Positions 1-13,760 of a stretch of 64,000 bases of DNA are shown in pieces (positions within the stretch are counted from its first letter, which is position 1; every line of letters begins with the position of its first letter). The position numbers and the translations under genes were made by a program. Source of the stretch: Lepidodermella squamata. Taxonomy: Eukaryota; Animalia; Gastrotricha. Below the pieces are notes generated by a model, which was given only the letters and a program-made list of their open reading frames with translations, searched no databases and had not been told where the DNA came from. The stretch covers positions 3,844,001 to 3,908,000 of the forward strand of contig JBLDXI010000017.1 in assembly GCA_047495785.1 (NCBI GenBank). Reading direction: 5' to 3'.

Positions 1-1171
1 TCATGAGCCTCGCGGCCGCTGGTCGGAAAATTTTAAAGTTGCAGCACAAGCCTGAACAACTGGCGAAAAATCAGCGCAAAAACGATGCCTATTGCGCTTC
101 AGTTGTCTGGCGCGACGACGGCGTTGTTGTGATGCCTACGTTCACTCCATGTCACGTTGCCGTTCAATACGAAGTTTATCCGGCGGAGCAGAAGTGCACA
201 TGCATCAGCAGCCGCTACGGCAACATCTGTAAGCACCTCCATCTAGCCCACATGCTGAATCCTGCCAAGGTTTTATTGGCCTCTTTTGCGTTGAATATGG
301 TCATATTTTTTCTTAATTAGGTCGCAAGTTATCGTGAGCATGTTGTGAAATGTATCATCGAAAAGGGCCTTTACGACAAGAATGGCGACAAGCTGATAGT
401 TTTCAGCCCTTCTACTAATGCTATCAGCACTGTTGACCTCATTACGATGAGCTGTAACTGTATGGCATCAAGTTATGATTCGAAAAATGAGTTTTGCTGT
501 TGCGTGCTGGCCGCTCGTCAAGTCTGTCCTGGTATACATTTATTTATTGCCAGTACTGAACTGTTTTATTTATTGCTATTATTTTCCTTCCAGTTGAAGC
601 TGAAGCAGCTGATAATCTGCTTTCTTTGGCTCGTCAAAAAGCGCCGAAATTGAGCGAACAAATTGCCGTTTTTTCTAATAACGTGGTTGCTCCCGCATCG
701 AAAATACCGGCCACAACGCGCAACGCGCACTTTTCTGGCCGGAAGCGCCCGGCCCCCGTTGACCCGGACGAGCCTGGCACGAGTGCTGATCCTCTTGCTG
801 ATCACCGAGTGAAGAAATTCAGAAGCTCTAAAAGAGGAAGACAAACTCACAACGTGATGGCGAATTTCATACGCCAAAACTGTCCCTCCGATGTGCCTGC
901 CGATGTCGCCGCGCGCCTTGCGTCAACGTCAAATGTACCGGAACCGGTTAGCACTCCCGCCTCGCGCCTTGTTGGCCTGAGTATTCCACGCCCGCCGCTC
1001 GCCGCTACCGGTCTGCCTGTTCCACGCCCGCCGCTCGCCGCTGCCAGTCAACCAGGTCTGAGTATACCACGTCCTCCGCTCGCAGGTGCTGGAATAGCAG
1101 TTGTTAGCCGTTCCGGTGTCGTGATTTTGCGCCCCCCAGGTGCTGCCAATCAAGACTCGGCTAGTAGCTAA
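1..1171 (+). CDS. 3' part of a spliced SWIM zinc-finger gene (possibly MULE/Zisupton-type transposase related); exons <1-269, 321-531, 594-1171
   Basis: YEVYPAEQKCTCISSRYGNICKHLH fits the SWIM CxC..CxH pattern; a second CNC..CCC motif follows. GT-AG introns 270-320 and 532-593 join three track ORFs in frame. Confidence 0.7.
974..1090 (+). repeat. Coding tandem repeat, 3 copies of GL(S/P)(I/V)PRPPLA
   Basis: ccacgcccgccgctcgccgct occurs twice, plus a third near-copy, in exon 3. Confidence 0.8.
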
Positions 1172-1786
1172 TAGCTCTTCTCTTAATCCTTTATGTGTTT
1201 ATTTAACATCCGGCTACTTATATCCGTATGTGTGCGCATTTTGCGCGATGAGTGCCACTTACACACTTATTCGCGATGACCGCGCAGAATTATTGCAATT
1301 ATGATATCTGGCTCAAGTAAAATGGCTCTCATGTCTCTTTCAGTTGCGATACTGTTTTTGGGTGTAAAATGTCTTTCCATTTTCCTGTATCATGCGTGGC
1401 GATTGCTTACTTTTGTGAACAAATTGCGGTTCAAGCCCGGTTATAGTGATAAATTGATCAATAATTACATTGTGATAACTTCAGTTAAAGAGTAATAAAT
1501 TTGCGGTTTTCTTGCATCCTTGTGTCATTCATTGTTCGAGGTCCTAGATAACAGCTGGTGTTTCAAAATCGACGTCGCTTTCGTACCACCCACTTGACAT
1601 GTCATGCGCGATACTTTTATCGGCGCTACCCGCTCCAGATAGCAGGTGTGCGTGGCCTACCGACAAAGGACCCTGACAGGTGCAATAACATGTCAATTTC
1701 AACAGGTCAAAATTCAGAGACAAGTTCATTAGTATCGCATTTATTTCACATTTCACATCTCACTCGACGCGCACGCTAGTTACATT

Positions 1787-3608
1787 ATGGCTGAACGTAG
1801 AAAGGACGTAGAATGTCCCGATATCATTGATTCGATCATGATTTTTCTTCCGCCGTTCAACGCCTTATTGCGCGGCTGGTCAACACTCGCCAGATTGACT
1901 TTCAAGTCAAATGCCCACACGAAAGCCGTGATTCGAGCGGCATATTCAGGCGACAATCGTTATTACGTGCTGCTTTACGCAATCCGGCAGGCCGAGAAGA
2001 AAGCTGCCAAGGATCGCGATGACGGCTTCTACACAACGGTTACACGTGAAGACGCCGCTAAGCCCATCAAGGTGATCGAAACCGCGCTGAGGCTCCGAGT
2101 CCCGCTCATCCAACGCCAAGACCTGCAACTACCAAGTCTCTTCGACGATCCACGTATGTTCAACCTGGCCACAGAACAAACAAGGTTAGTAATTGCCAAT
2201 AATACTCATAAATAAAGGAAAATAATCCCATTTAGTAACATATTTCCTTTCTATTCTCGTGATTTTTCTAATTTTAAAATTTTTGGGCCATGAGATGTGA
2301 CTTCTTCTCTCATTTCAGTTTCTAAACCATTTTTAGTTTATTTTCTTTATTTTAACAGTAAAAATGGAATATTCTTTTAATATTTTCAATTGGCCTATTG
2401 GCTATTCCAAAAATAAAAATAAAAGATACTTAGATATAAAATCATCATTTTAAGCTGTCCCAAATCGTAGAAAACTGGACGATTTCCTTAAATCGGGATA
2501 TTTTAAAAGTGTGTAAAATTACCAATATCTTGCAATATCGAAAGTAATGGCCCTGTCTCAAATAAAATGAGAGTGAAAAATCACTCTCTCAGTTAGTTAC
2601 TACATAAATTCACAAAGATATTAGCTTTGAAGTATTTCCAAGGTCGTAATTACAAAATTCGATCATTTATTTACCAGGGAGTTCCTCAAGTCCTTCAGGG
2701 CTCTAGCTAGCCGCGGCCTGCCCTCCGACGACTACACCAAGGGTGCTTCCAGCTTGGCTGTAACGGTTGCCATCGACTTCCTCGATCGGTGCCTGGCTGG
2801 CATGCTAGACCAGCAAATCAACCCAGATGAAGTCTCGATGGTTAACAACAAGTCCGTTACAGAATTCCTCGAGAAGAATAAGCACTTGCTGCGTCCAAAC
2901 TTGCCAGCAATTCAAGGCAAAGTGAAGGTTAAACCTCAATCTATCGACGAAGCTCTTGCCACTCCCGATGAAGACCTCGACTTCGAACGCCCCGGTTCTA
3001 GCGCTTCCAGTGTCTCGCTGTCATCAGAAGACTCGCAAAGCTCCAGTCTTGTAACACGTGACGACCTGAACCTTGCGCTTCCCGAAGACCGATCGGTCTT
3101 GGCTCTACTTGATTCTAACCCGAACGATCGAACGCTGGTTGCTGAAACTCCCGACCGCCCAAGTAGCAGCATCAGCAGTGTCAGCTCTCGTAAGCGAAAC
3201 CTTTCGCAATCCAGCACTTCAGTGGAAACAGCTTCGTCGTCAAATGCCTCCGCTCCCATTGGCCAGGAGACTCTTGCTGAAGCTACAAATGCTAAAATGG
3301 TAAGAAAGGTCAACATTGAACAATAATTTTGAAAACTGAGTTGGTTAACCTTTACCCAGGGTCGACCTGACAGCAAGGTTTGGCAGCTAATATTCACGCC
3401 AACGTCGGAGAACCCGGAGCTGTGCGACCTGACATTCAGCTACTCGCAAGATTGGCCGGAAGACAAGGAGTTGCCCGACGAGATAAGCTCCTTTCGGGAC
3501 ATGGTTTCTCACGGCATGGTCCCGGAAAGAGCAGCCAGTTACAGCTTCAAAGGCTCTCAATACGAATACGAAATAATCTGTCTAGAAAATTCAATTGCTA
3601 ATTGCTAA
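1787..3608 (+). CDS. Three-exon gene of unknown function, about 422 aa with Ser-rich middle; exons 1787-2184, 2678-3299, 3360-3608
   Basis: Donors AAG|GTTAGT and ATG|GTAAGA and acceptors TTACCAG and TTACCCAG keep the frame open; stop TAA at 3606-3608; AATAAA near 3776. Confidence 0.65.
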
Positions 3609-3991
3609 TTGCTAATTCAATTGTTTCGCCATTCCATCTGTTGTATGTGTATAAATCTACGTTGAATTCGCTGCTATCACACATTACACGGACGCTCTCA
3701 CTCGTCGTTTCTAACTCTCATGCATGGCTTGCTATTTGCTGAGTTCAAAGTGTTACATTGCATTCAATTCAGCTGAATAAAATTGTGGTACATTGGTCGT
3801 TTAAATATTGAGAATTATAAAATCTCTTGGCGCATCCAGGGCAGTTCTTTCAGATACTACGGTTTCGATACAGCATAAAACTGTTCACGGTTGAAACATT
3901 CAGATTTCAATGACGACGTGCATTTTTCAGCCGCTCTCCTTAATCTCAATTTCGATTGCTGGGGGTGACTGGGGCTATTTAGATCCTATTT

Positions 3992-4131
3992 TTTTGTTGG
4001 AAGTGCGCTCTCAGAGGGATCGCTCTCAGTCGGTCCAGATTAAGGTTACGCTTAGGATTAAGGTTAGTTTAGGGTTAGGGTTAGGTTGGGGGTGGGAGAG
4101 GGAGAGAGAGCGCACTTATCTACCAACGAAA
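3992..4131. repeat. Small element: 12-bp inverted repeats around degenerate (TTAGGG)n
   Basis: AAGTGCGCTCTC at 4001-4012 and GAGAGCGCACTT at 4106-4117 enclose TTAAGG/TTAGG/TTAGGG units at about 4040-4087. Confidence 0.6.
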
Positions 4132-7100
4132 TTGGAGGGGGCGTAGAAAGATCCTGTTGTCCATTCTAATTGCCTTTCTATGCAAGCAAGGAGAAAAATG
4201 ACAGCAATGTCGGCAGGCAGGCAAGAGACAGTATTTCAAATTGGTTTGACCGCTTACATTTTGGAGCACTGGCTGAGGGTTGAGATGATAGAGCAGCCCG
4301 ATCATCACTGGTGATGCTTTTCACGGGTGCTTGATCACGAATTAACGATTTCTCCTCACCTGGACGGACTCAAACCATCCGCCATAAGGAGGTGCTAGTG
4401 AGAAAATGAGAAAATCACGGGTGCTCCCGCCTTTTGCGCCATCAACAACACTACTTTCTATTTAAAAAAGTCCCTACATGCAGTTTATATCAGTTTATCC
4501 TGAAATTCATACGTTAAATTCAGCACAATGGCGATAATATTAAATTGCGTAGAAAGCACTTTGTACACCATTTGCACAGAGGGCAGTGCCCGGAAAGTTA
4601 CTTGGTTGCGTTCTAAGTACTCTGCATGGAAAGCATTGCCTGGAGAGCAGTGTATGTGCCTCGCGTGCAAACTGCCTGGAAAGCAGTGTTTTCCACGCAA
4701 ACACTCATTACGGCTTACTGCATGGAAAGCGGCTGCTTTCTATGCACACTGCTTTCTATGCTAACTTTTACCCCAGAAAAATCAAACGGCCGCCAAAAAG
4801 CGCCGAGAAGTTGGTCGCATAATCCCGAAACTTATCTTACTTATCTTATTGAGTCTCCCCTCAACCTGTAGCCGATCTCTCCCGCTACCCGGGCGGCTTA
4901 GTCAGCTAACAGCAAGTTGCCTACACTGCGCGCAATGCATGTTGGACTTCCACGAGAGCTTCGCGTCAAAGTGAATGCCTAAGACGCGCAAAACTTCGAC
5001 CTGAGCGTCAAATGCGGTGCTGATGGTTGCTGCCCGAAAGCGAGCGCTTCACTTTTAGAGGCGCTGAACTGCTGGCCGCCTACACATCAAGACCCACAAC
5101 GACCAACTTGAGCTTCTCGGCACGGCGCTGACACGCCCGATAAGCGATTTCGACGGGAAAGTCGACAGCTGAGTGGTGCTCGCAGAACGCGTATTGTCAA
5201 AAATGACGCCTACATTTTCAACGAATCGCGAAATTTAATTCTCGTTGAATAATTGACCGACCGCGAAAATAACCACTTTAACAGTAGACAATACCACTAT
5301 TGTTGGCCACCGCTTGTTACCTCCATTTGGATTGCAGCTGTATTGCTGCTTTCGAAACCATGTACATTTTTACAGTATTTTCGGATTGTCGTGCTGGTGA
5401 TTTTCTCGCGTTTTCTTGTTTTTCGAGGGGTGAATCTGAAAACAGGTCAATAGTATCGAAAACTACCATATTTTACGAATTATAAGTCACCACCCTGTAT
5501 TTTTTCGGGATTCAAGTCCTGACATGTATTTAGGGTTTGCACTTTAGTTTGTCGAACCTAATCAGTAAGTCTGAAGAGTTCCTAGATCAACAGTTGAAAC
5601 CGCCGAATAACCGCTATAGCTACTGTCTTCCACCTGTGACTAAGATGGATTAATGTGGATAAATGGCGAAAATTATTTGCTGACGCTTAATGACGACAAA
5701 TCGCTACTTAGCCAGCTTGCATCACTTGCCCAGCAGGTGCTCATGCCACGTCATACAATACTCTTGCCTTTTAATACGCTTCTGTCCTTTATTATTTCAG
5801 ATGACCATTACCCTCTGCCCGTTGTTCCGGTTCTGCCCTATATTTCGGTCCTGCCTAATAATTCGTAAAATACGGTACCTTTGCTACCAGAAAAGCTTTC
5901 ATTCGCTGTCGAGTAGTTACAATATTACAATGAAATTCTCTGCCTTCGTATCTCAGGGGCATTCATGAGATTGACCCTTTCTAAACGTCGCTAGTACTCC
6001 GTTTACTAGATAAATTCTTATCCGACCTCTGTAAAAACCATAATGCTAGGCATCACCGAACTCGCTGAACCACACAGACCGACCAAACATACTCGACGAC
6101 GTTCAGCGCCGTGCACGACCGTGCTCCGAGGTTTCGGCACTGCCTGGACCTTCTTCTACTACTCGCAAACCAGCAACCTATCGAGAACATTTGGGTCGAC
6201 ATCCGAATAAAATCGGGGGTTCGGCGTATCCTCTATTTACAGACCATCTCGTCGTTACTAAAGGGCGTCAATTTCCCCGCGCACGCCAAGTTTTTAACAG
6301 ATCGATTATCAAATTAAGTAGCGCAAGAATTCTATTTCCTGCTGGTAGCATAATGGAAGAAGATAGCCCTCGTCATCATCAATGGCGATTCGAACATTAA
6401 TACTGCAAACGCTTCGATCGCTGCTGATCTAGTCAGAACTCTTAAAGCTAATGAATTCGCTCAAATCGACGACTCATATAGTCTTTCTATGACCACTATG
6501 GAAAGGCCTGTTTCCTGAACACTGGGTCCCCAAATTCAAAGGGTTTTTATCTTCCGGTCAAAGCGGTCAAAGTCACATTTGTGAGCAGCGCTATCTGAAC
6601 ACCGCGATAAGCGGCGGATGGTGAAAATTATGAGTCTCCTATTGGGGTCATCTTGATTGAGACTTGGAATTGAAGCTAGAACCCAACTCTTGCGCTCTCT
6701 ATGTAAGTATTGATATAATTTGTTACCGGTCCACTCCAAGTCTCCAGCGCTCGAAGTGAATCATTGGCTCACAAATACATCAAACTGGCGTCGGATAAAA
6801 CTGCGACTGGTTTGGTGATAGCGTTTGTGCGCCAATTTCGCTGCTGGAAATTTGGGTGCGCATTTTGCAATTGCATTTTGAGATACGTACCAAGTCATTT
6901 CTCGGCACACATGAAAGAACTTGAAAGACACGTCCCTAAAGCGTCTTTCTGAAATTTATTCCTGTTTGATTTTCTCAAGTGTCTTTTCTAAATATTTTCT
7001 GTTTTTTTTTGTTGTAGGAATATTTGAGTTCAGAGGTTTCCTTGACAGAAAAATGAATGCTGAAGAATATCTGCGCCTTTGATTGACGCATCAGCCACCC

Positions 7101-7373
7101 CGGAGCGACCACCCTCGACAAAATATATCGCCATCGTTAGTTCAAACTCGAAATCAGACACTGGTGAACGGAATCTCTGGCTATCAGTTTATCCACAGTG
7201 ACTTTGAGAACAAGAAGTCATCAAACAAATAAGCAAGCGATCTCCATGACCACATCGTCCTGCCGATGACAGGGTGTGCGATTTTCATTGCACCTGAAGC
7301 TGAAGCGCGAGCTTGAAACTGGTGTCGGCAGAGAGCAAGTGCCTTGTTTTCAGGTAGTCACCGAATAGTCAGT

Positions 7374-7417
7374 TATGTATGTATGTATGTATGTATGTAT
7401 GTATGTATGTATGTATG
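7374..7417. repeat. (TATG)11 microsatellite
   Basis: Perfect tetranucleotide repeat. Confidence 0.95.
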
Positions 7418-8451
7418 TTATAATTTGAGTACCTAGTCAATTGTCGACAATATAACGACGCCACATGTAATGTATAATAGGTCCAGTTAACTCAGAAAAT
7501 CTGTGCTGTTCTCAGCTCGCTTCTGAGAACCTAACAGTAAACAGTAAATGGTAAATGAAAATCCTCTTCGACCATTGGATCATTATTCCGACGTATCATG
7601 AAATTCGCATAAATCTTTATTTGTTTTTATTTACGAAGAAATTTCGGCTGTCGTTGTTGTTAAAAGACATAGCCTAGATCATTCACCAATATTTTGAAAG
7701 CGTTAGGGTCAACAGTAGTAGGGAAAACGTCTTTTTGCGGGTCTTTCCATGCGGTCATACGTGTGAAGGGAATAATGTCCCTACACCATGCCCAGAGCTT
7801 CTTGCTGCGAGCCGGATCTGGGGATTGTGTGTGTGTGTTACTCCACTTCCATGATGGCGTTTGGAAGCTGTGCTTGGATAGTTTAACAAATCTCGACCGA
7901 ATTTGAACGGTACCGCGGTCCTCAACCACTAAGGTCATAACACCGACGAATCTACGTTGGCCCAGTGGTTGCAGCCTCACTCCCGTGGCTTTGACGAACC
8001 TTACCTGCACTCGTCCAGAAGTTCAAGTACCATTGGATTCCCTGCAAAAGTATAGGCAACCATTCAGAATTCGAGTATCGGTAGTTCGTAGGTTTTGAAG
8101 GCATTTGCCATCTGACCGAGAGACAGATATGGTCTCAGTCGGAGTAGCTGGGTGATTTTTTTGCGGATGCATTTATCCATTGACAGCACTGTCGAGCACT
8201 AGCCCCAGTAGTGTTGTTGTAGTATCTTCTTAGTCGTTCAACCTCAACTTGTTCGCGTTGCACAAGCTTTGCAAAATCGCTCGATTTTCGTTAAAGACAA
8301 CAAAACTTTCCACTGGCAATAAAAGCTGATTAAATTGAATAAACGTTCAGTTTCTAATACAGTTCTGGTGACTTTAAGTATGTAAACGTACTAAGTATTC
8401 GATTCTGAACATTTTAAAATTGAAATTATCATTAAAATCGTAAAAAAAATT

Positions 8452-8565
8452 ATCTGCCAAAAGAAGTTTAATTTACTGCCGAAAAAGTCTTTGCTGCCAA
8501 AAAAGTACTGTCTGCCGAAAAAAGAATTCTGCTGCCAAAAAGAGATTTTTGCTGCCAAAAAAGGT
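8452..8565. repeat. Degenerate minisatellite, about 20-bp unit containing CTGCC(A/G)AAAAA
   Basis: About six copies of ctgcc(a/g)aaaaa with short spacers. Confidence 0.7.
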
Positions 8566-9414
8566 TTTTTCCATATTGAAAGTTGTTGCTTGAATCTTAA
8601 TTCTGTGATTCTATCAGGATTAGATTAATTAGCATTGATTTGGCGGATAACGAATTTTTATTCGTAGCATATGACATTGGCATCGTCGACACTTCTGATT
8701 AGTCGGACTTCGTTTTTGACTAGTTTTATCTATTGTTCAGTCGTCATTTCACGATCAAAATGATGCGCGGAATTCGATCGGGCACCAATCGATAGCTCTT
8801 GATTACAGCAATCGATTTATAAATGATGATCCATAGTGACCCTCACAGTTCGGAAATTGTTTTCGGTGACATGTAATGCTCATACCCGAAAGGCTTAAAT
8901 GCCCTATAGGCGTTATATATATATCGTTTTATCAACATTAAAGTATTTTTTCTGCATTTTGCAGGCATCGATTGTAGCGACTTATCTAAAGTTCGCAGAA
9001 ACATCTCGAAGCCATGAATACCATACATCGATAACTACGTTCACTATGATGCTATCTCCGAATGGAAACATTTTGGAACTACAAACAGTCAAAAACGTAC
9101 AGCGTGATCTGAATGGAAATCGAGCGTGCGCATCACAGCGTGAGACCAGCACTAAAGGTGAGCTTTTCATAATTTGATTCTTCTTTTAGTTTGATAATCA
9201 AAACAGTCATTTGAGGCATTTTAAGCACATTCAATTTGTGAATTTTTCAACGAGGCTACTACCAATTGAATGAGGACTCGCTCCGCTTTTTGTTTGAAAG
9301 AAATAGTGTTCACGGATAAAACTGTTAACTCAAACTATAATATGTATAATTGTTGAATCATGTTCATTGTTTATGATTTACAAATTCGGGCAACACCTCT
9401 ATCGAAACCGCATA

Positions 9415-11060
9415 TTTAGCTGCCTTTTCTTCGGCTATGATCAGGTCGAGGCATTCCTTTCTTCTTTTACGTGTAGTGTATGCTCACCTTGAGACAGAAG
9501 TTTGAGTTGCGATGATGGTCAACTAATTTTGCGCCGCTGGCATCGGGCCTACCCGTTGTGCCGAGAGCCTGATCGTGCGCGTTGAAGTCACCGCGCATTC
9601 CTGTATCGGCGTCAGGTGTGATATGCGCCATGGCCCCATTGGGGAGAATAACTTTCGGCTGGCAGTAGACCGGTACGATTTATATGGCTGCCATCCTTTC
9701 GAGCTTGATTTGCGCCATCTGAATTTCGCAATTCTGAATTGAATAGTTCAATTTTTATGGTGTCCAAGATGAGGCGAAGTTCAGGGTAACTACTCTGAGC
9801 TTTGGCCGTTACTCGTACATGCAGCGCTACTGGCAGATGGTCAGAGCCTATATCGGTAACACTTCTACAGATACAGCACGCTTAGCTGCCTTTTCTCCAG
9901 CTACGAACAGATCGAGGCACTCCTTCCTTCCCATACGCGTAGTATGCGTGTGCTCACCCATTGACATGAGTTACAGATTAGAGTTGCGAAGATGAAGACC
10001 CAAGTTTGCACCACTGGCATCCGCTCTACTCGTTGTTCCGAGAGCGAAATCGTGAGCGTTGAAGCCACCACACATTATTGCGTCTACGTCGGGTTTGATG
10101 TGAACCATGGCTGCATTAGACAGAATGATTCTCGGCGGGCAGTTTACTGATACTATTTTGATAGCTGCTACGCCTTCAAGCTTAATTTGCCCATATTGGC
10201 TGCCGAGAGCGTAATCGTGTGCGTTGACGTCACCGCACTTATTTTATCTACATCGAACTTGATGCTACGCAGTTCGGTTTTGACTAATTTCAGCTTTTGT
10301 TCGGTCGTCATGCCCTGTTCGATCTTGGTGATAATTCGATCGAGTACCTTCGGGCTTCGGGATGACGTCAACTTGGATGTCGACGCTTTTTTCCATCCTT
10401 TCGGCCCATTCGGTAAATGCCAGTATCGGAGCCGGTTTCAGCGTACGTCCGCCGTTGCCAGGCGTTCGTCTCCTTTTACTCGTCTGATGTTCATCCTGCA
10501 TCTACGTAATATGGACAGCTGTGTGATGTAGCTGGGTGGTCTGGGCTACCACAGTTGGCGCAGCGAGCGCTACTGAGCATTCCTTGTTGTGATGACCTTA
10601 GCACTTGGCGCTAATTCGCCGTTTGTTCAACTCTGGTGGGGCTGCGTTTTTTCCCATTTTGGCTAGCCGCTTTCATGCACATAGCTGTGCACATAGCTTC
10701 GCGGTGACTGTTTTGGCGGCATTCATTGCTTGTTGTTGTTTTGATGCATGGTTCAAGACATTGGGGTGTCTGACTGTTTGACAGTCTCGTGTATCGGTAA
10801 AGCCTTGGGGTTGTTGGTTTTTCGTCAGCTGAGCCAGCATGGCTTGTATCGCTGTTAATTGACTTCCCATTTCTTCGACCCTTCCAAGACGTTCTTCGAC
10901 CCGGGCTAGTCGCCCGTGGGAATAATCATCTAGGCCTCTGTTGCCAGTTACAATACAGTTAAAACCTCGCCGCGGCTGTTAAACCGAGAGTTTGATACCT
11001 TTGGGTAGAAAGGAGTCTTAAAAGTGACCAGTGTTGCGAATTGGAATGTTTTATTGAGAG
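9415..11060 (-). mobile_element. Decayed 5' region and ORF1-like frame related to the element at 62103; includes an internal diverged duplication of about 300 bp
   Basis: DYSHGRLARVEERLGRVEEMGSQLTAIQAMLAQLTKNQQPQGFTDTRD aligns with DYSNDRFDLYEKRLKKVEIMSTQLTAIEAMLAQLMPKQQPQGSTDPRD at 62.4 kb; stops and frameshifts present; 9415-9720 resembles 9882-10190. Confidence 0.65.
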
Positions 11061-11079
11061 AAAAAGACGCTGGAAGGCA

Positions 11080-12140
11080 ATCTGTCAGGGCGGCAGTTTG
11101 CCATAGTGAACACAGAAATCGAGGAGGAACCTGGCAATTAGGGATTCCAGTAACTTAGAGAAAGAAATGAGAGCGATGGGCCGGTAGCCATCAAATGATC
11201 GAGGCGATTTTCCGGGCTTCGGCAAAGGAACGACTATGGCGGACTTCCAGGCGGCAGGTAGATAGCCGGTGTTGAGGCTGAAATTGTACATGAGGAGAAC
11301 CGCCTCGAGCAGGGCCGGCGAGGCTCGCTTGAGAAGAGGGTTCAACTGGCCAGGCGCCTTCAGCTTCAAGCAGGCTGGCTGCGCGTTGAAAGCTGGTCGT
11401 GAAATTCGAAGCGGCAGGTCGTGGGCATGACGACAAGCGGATGAAGCTCGGGGTCACTCGCACAGGCCGTGTCAACCGACTGCCAGAACACCGCGTCTAC
11501 CGCGTGCGGGCTGGGTGACGGCGCAGAACGAAGCACTGGGGACCAGGTGTGGGCGATGACACGAGCCTTCTCGGCGCTGGATGTGACGACAGGGCCGCCA
11601 GGGAGGCTGAGGGCGGGCAGCTCGCGACACTGCGACTTAGTGCCGTCCAACAGGCGCTTGGCAGCTTGCCAGGCTCTGGCGCATGTATTTTCGTGGAAGA
11701 GCTGTTCGACGCGACGGAGATTGTGTTCGCTGAATGATGGCGACTTCGCGGGACATCTGGCGTGTTGCAGCATTCAGGGCGGCCTTTGACGCGGCCGAGT
11801 GCTCGTGATGGTGCCGGTTTTCACACAGAGTGCGCAACTCCATCCGCTTGGCCGCCGCGCCCAGTCGTGGCCGGGGTAGCAGACCAACGGGGACGCGGGG
11901 TATCGCGGGGTATCGGGGGATGCACTATCCATCATATTTCACGAGGGTGTCAGAGAATCGGTCCAACACAACAACCGGATCGCCACCCTTTTGGTCCAAC
12001 GACGGCAGGCGGACGTGAGTCGCACTCGCGCTCGTAGGCCGGCCAATCGGCACGAGAGAAGTCGAAGCGTAGCGGCTGAGAGCGGGGCAGGTTGCTCGAG
12101 ATAGGCGTATCCCAGAGGTTACGGAGAAGTCGCAGAATAT
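11080..12140 (-). mobile_element. Frameshifted Jockey/I-group LINE ORF2 fragment (post-endonuclease linker to start of RT)
   Basis: FDFSRADWPAY, SSAEKARVIA and WKSAIVVPLPKPGK..GYRPIALISFSKLLE motifs spread over several frames. Confidence 0.85.
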
Positions 12141-13399
12141 CTGCAGGTAAACCTCGAAATCGCTGAATTGATATCATGCTTTGAAACCCTAAAATTGGAT
12201 TTTCTCAAGGGGATCATGTTGCTGTCTCATTTGCATATTCATAAAGTGTGAAAATTCAATGCTTATCCATATTAATCCGTCTAATTACTACTTAAACGGA
12301 TTTTTCGGTAGAAATCACTACACGATGTCAAATAAGTATTTTTTTCATTCGTTTTTTCATACCTCTATTTCTCAAAATTTCGCTGGAATTTCTGGTATTA
12401 GAGTATAGGTACCTAGGGGAAAGCTGGTTATAAAGACTTGTGGTTGGTCTCACGTTGCGAGTATAAGGTGTTGGTTTTGGTCTTTGATTATATTTTAATA
12501 ATACCAACGCTCTGCAAATAGCTATCATGGTCAACCTGAAACTTGCCTTTACATACTCATTACGTATTTACTGTTTTCTATTTTCTATTTTAGTTACCGA
12601 TCCTCGCGATAGACTTCGAGCCCATTTCCTACCAAAAAACAGAGATTGATCGTCAGCAGCGAACTTTGGCAGTCCCATGTCTTCAAGAATTGATGCCAAA
12701 TGCAGGTAATGAAGGTTTTGTTCAATCGACTTAGTAAAGCAGTGGCCTGAGGAAAGCTAGAGCATATAATCATAGCTTCATTGTATTCATACTTCAGCAA
12801 ATATTGTATCGGACACGTTGGTTTCATTAACATTCAACCTGAAACCATGGTTTTTTATCTGTTTTTTTTCATGGTTATCTTTGGTTTGCGAAGAGCATGC
12901 ATGAAACAGTATGCATTAGTCTGCTTTTTACAAGCTTGGCTATTCCGGTTAAAAAGCTTGAAACCAAAACCAACAAGACCTATGGACCTTCCATCCGTCT
13001 TCAATTTGATCTTTGATGTAGTGCAGTCTGAGGCGGATGTGCTTAGTACACCGATTCGTGTTCGTGTCCTCAGCAACTCGCCCCTTGATTGTCATAGGCG
13101 AACTGAAATGGGTATTGGGAGTAGCTCATCGACGACGCGAGACCGGTCATGAACGCAGAGTCGAGCGCGATAACCCCGCCTCAAAGGTCGACCATGCTTT
13201 GGCGGCACCTTGACCACGCGACAGCCCCACCTGCCTTTAGAACAACGAAACCAGCTGATGAATTTGCTTGACGCAATTCGTCCAGTTGGCGTCCACAGAG
13301 GCTTTCAGCGTGACGTTTCCGCGTTCGTACGAAATGCCGAGATCTTCAGTGCCCTTGAGCCCTTTTCAGACCTTGTAGCATTCGGCCGTTGCAGGTGCC

Positions 13400-13760
13400 G
13401 TGCAGTCCCCGTGGTAGCTGTCGGTTTGAGGCAGTGAGGTCTCAGCCCGCTTTACTGTTTCCACTTTTCACACGCAAATCTGGAAAGGCTCTGTAAAGGA
13501 TGACGCCCAATGCTGACCCAGTTACGCTCGAACTACTGGTAAAGTTCGGCCATCCGCGGGTGTTTAGCAACAACAGTCTCCAGGACGGTATCGATTTGAT
13601 GAAAGACACCCGGAATCTCGCTGGGCGAGACGAAAGCGAGAGCAGCCAGCCGTTCGACTGAGACTTGAACGTCTTCTTCTTCGGAGCAAGAAATTTTCAA
13701 GCCGAGGGTGCACGTGTTGAGCCATAATCTCACTACATTGGGCAATATTTCTTGACATGA
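13400..13760 (-). mobile_element. MULE/Mutator-like transposase remnant
   Basis: VERLAALAFVSPSEIPGVF...ELYQ*FERNW resembles the LxALAFVP...YFExxW block of animal MULE transposases; internal stop. Confidence 0.55.

Noticed and set aside
5482-5500. Tc1/mariner-like terminus (TACAGGGTGG on the minus strand)
   Set aside because: No partner terminal repeat or transposase found in the window.
8452-8565. CRISPR-like array
   Set aside because: Short degenerate minisatellite in a eukaryotic context, with no cas genes.
5650-9200. Short ORFs and exon-like pieces
   Set aside because: No recognisable motifs and no consistent spliced model could be built.
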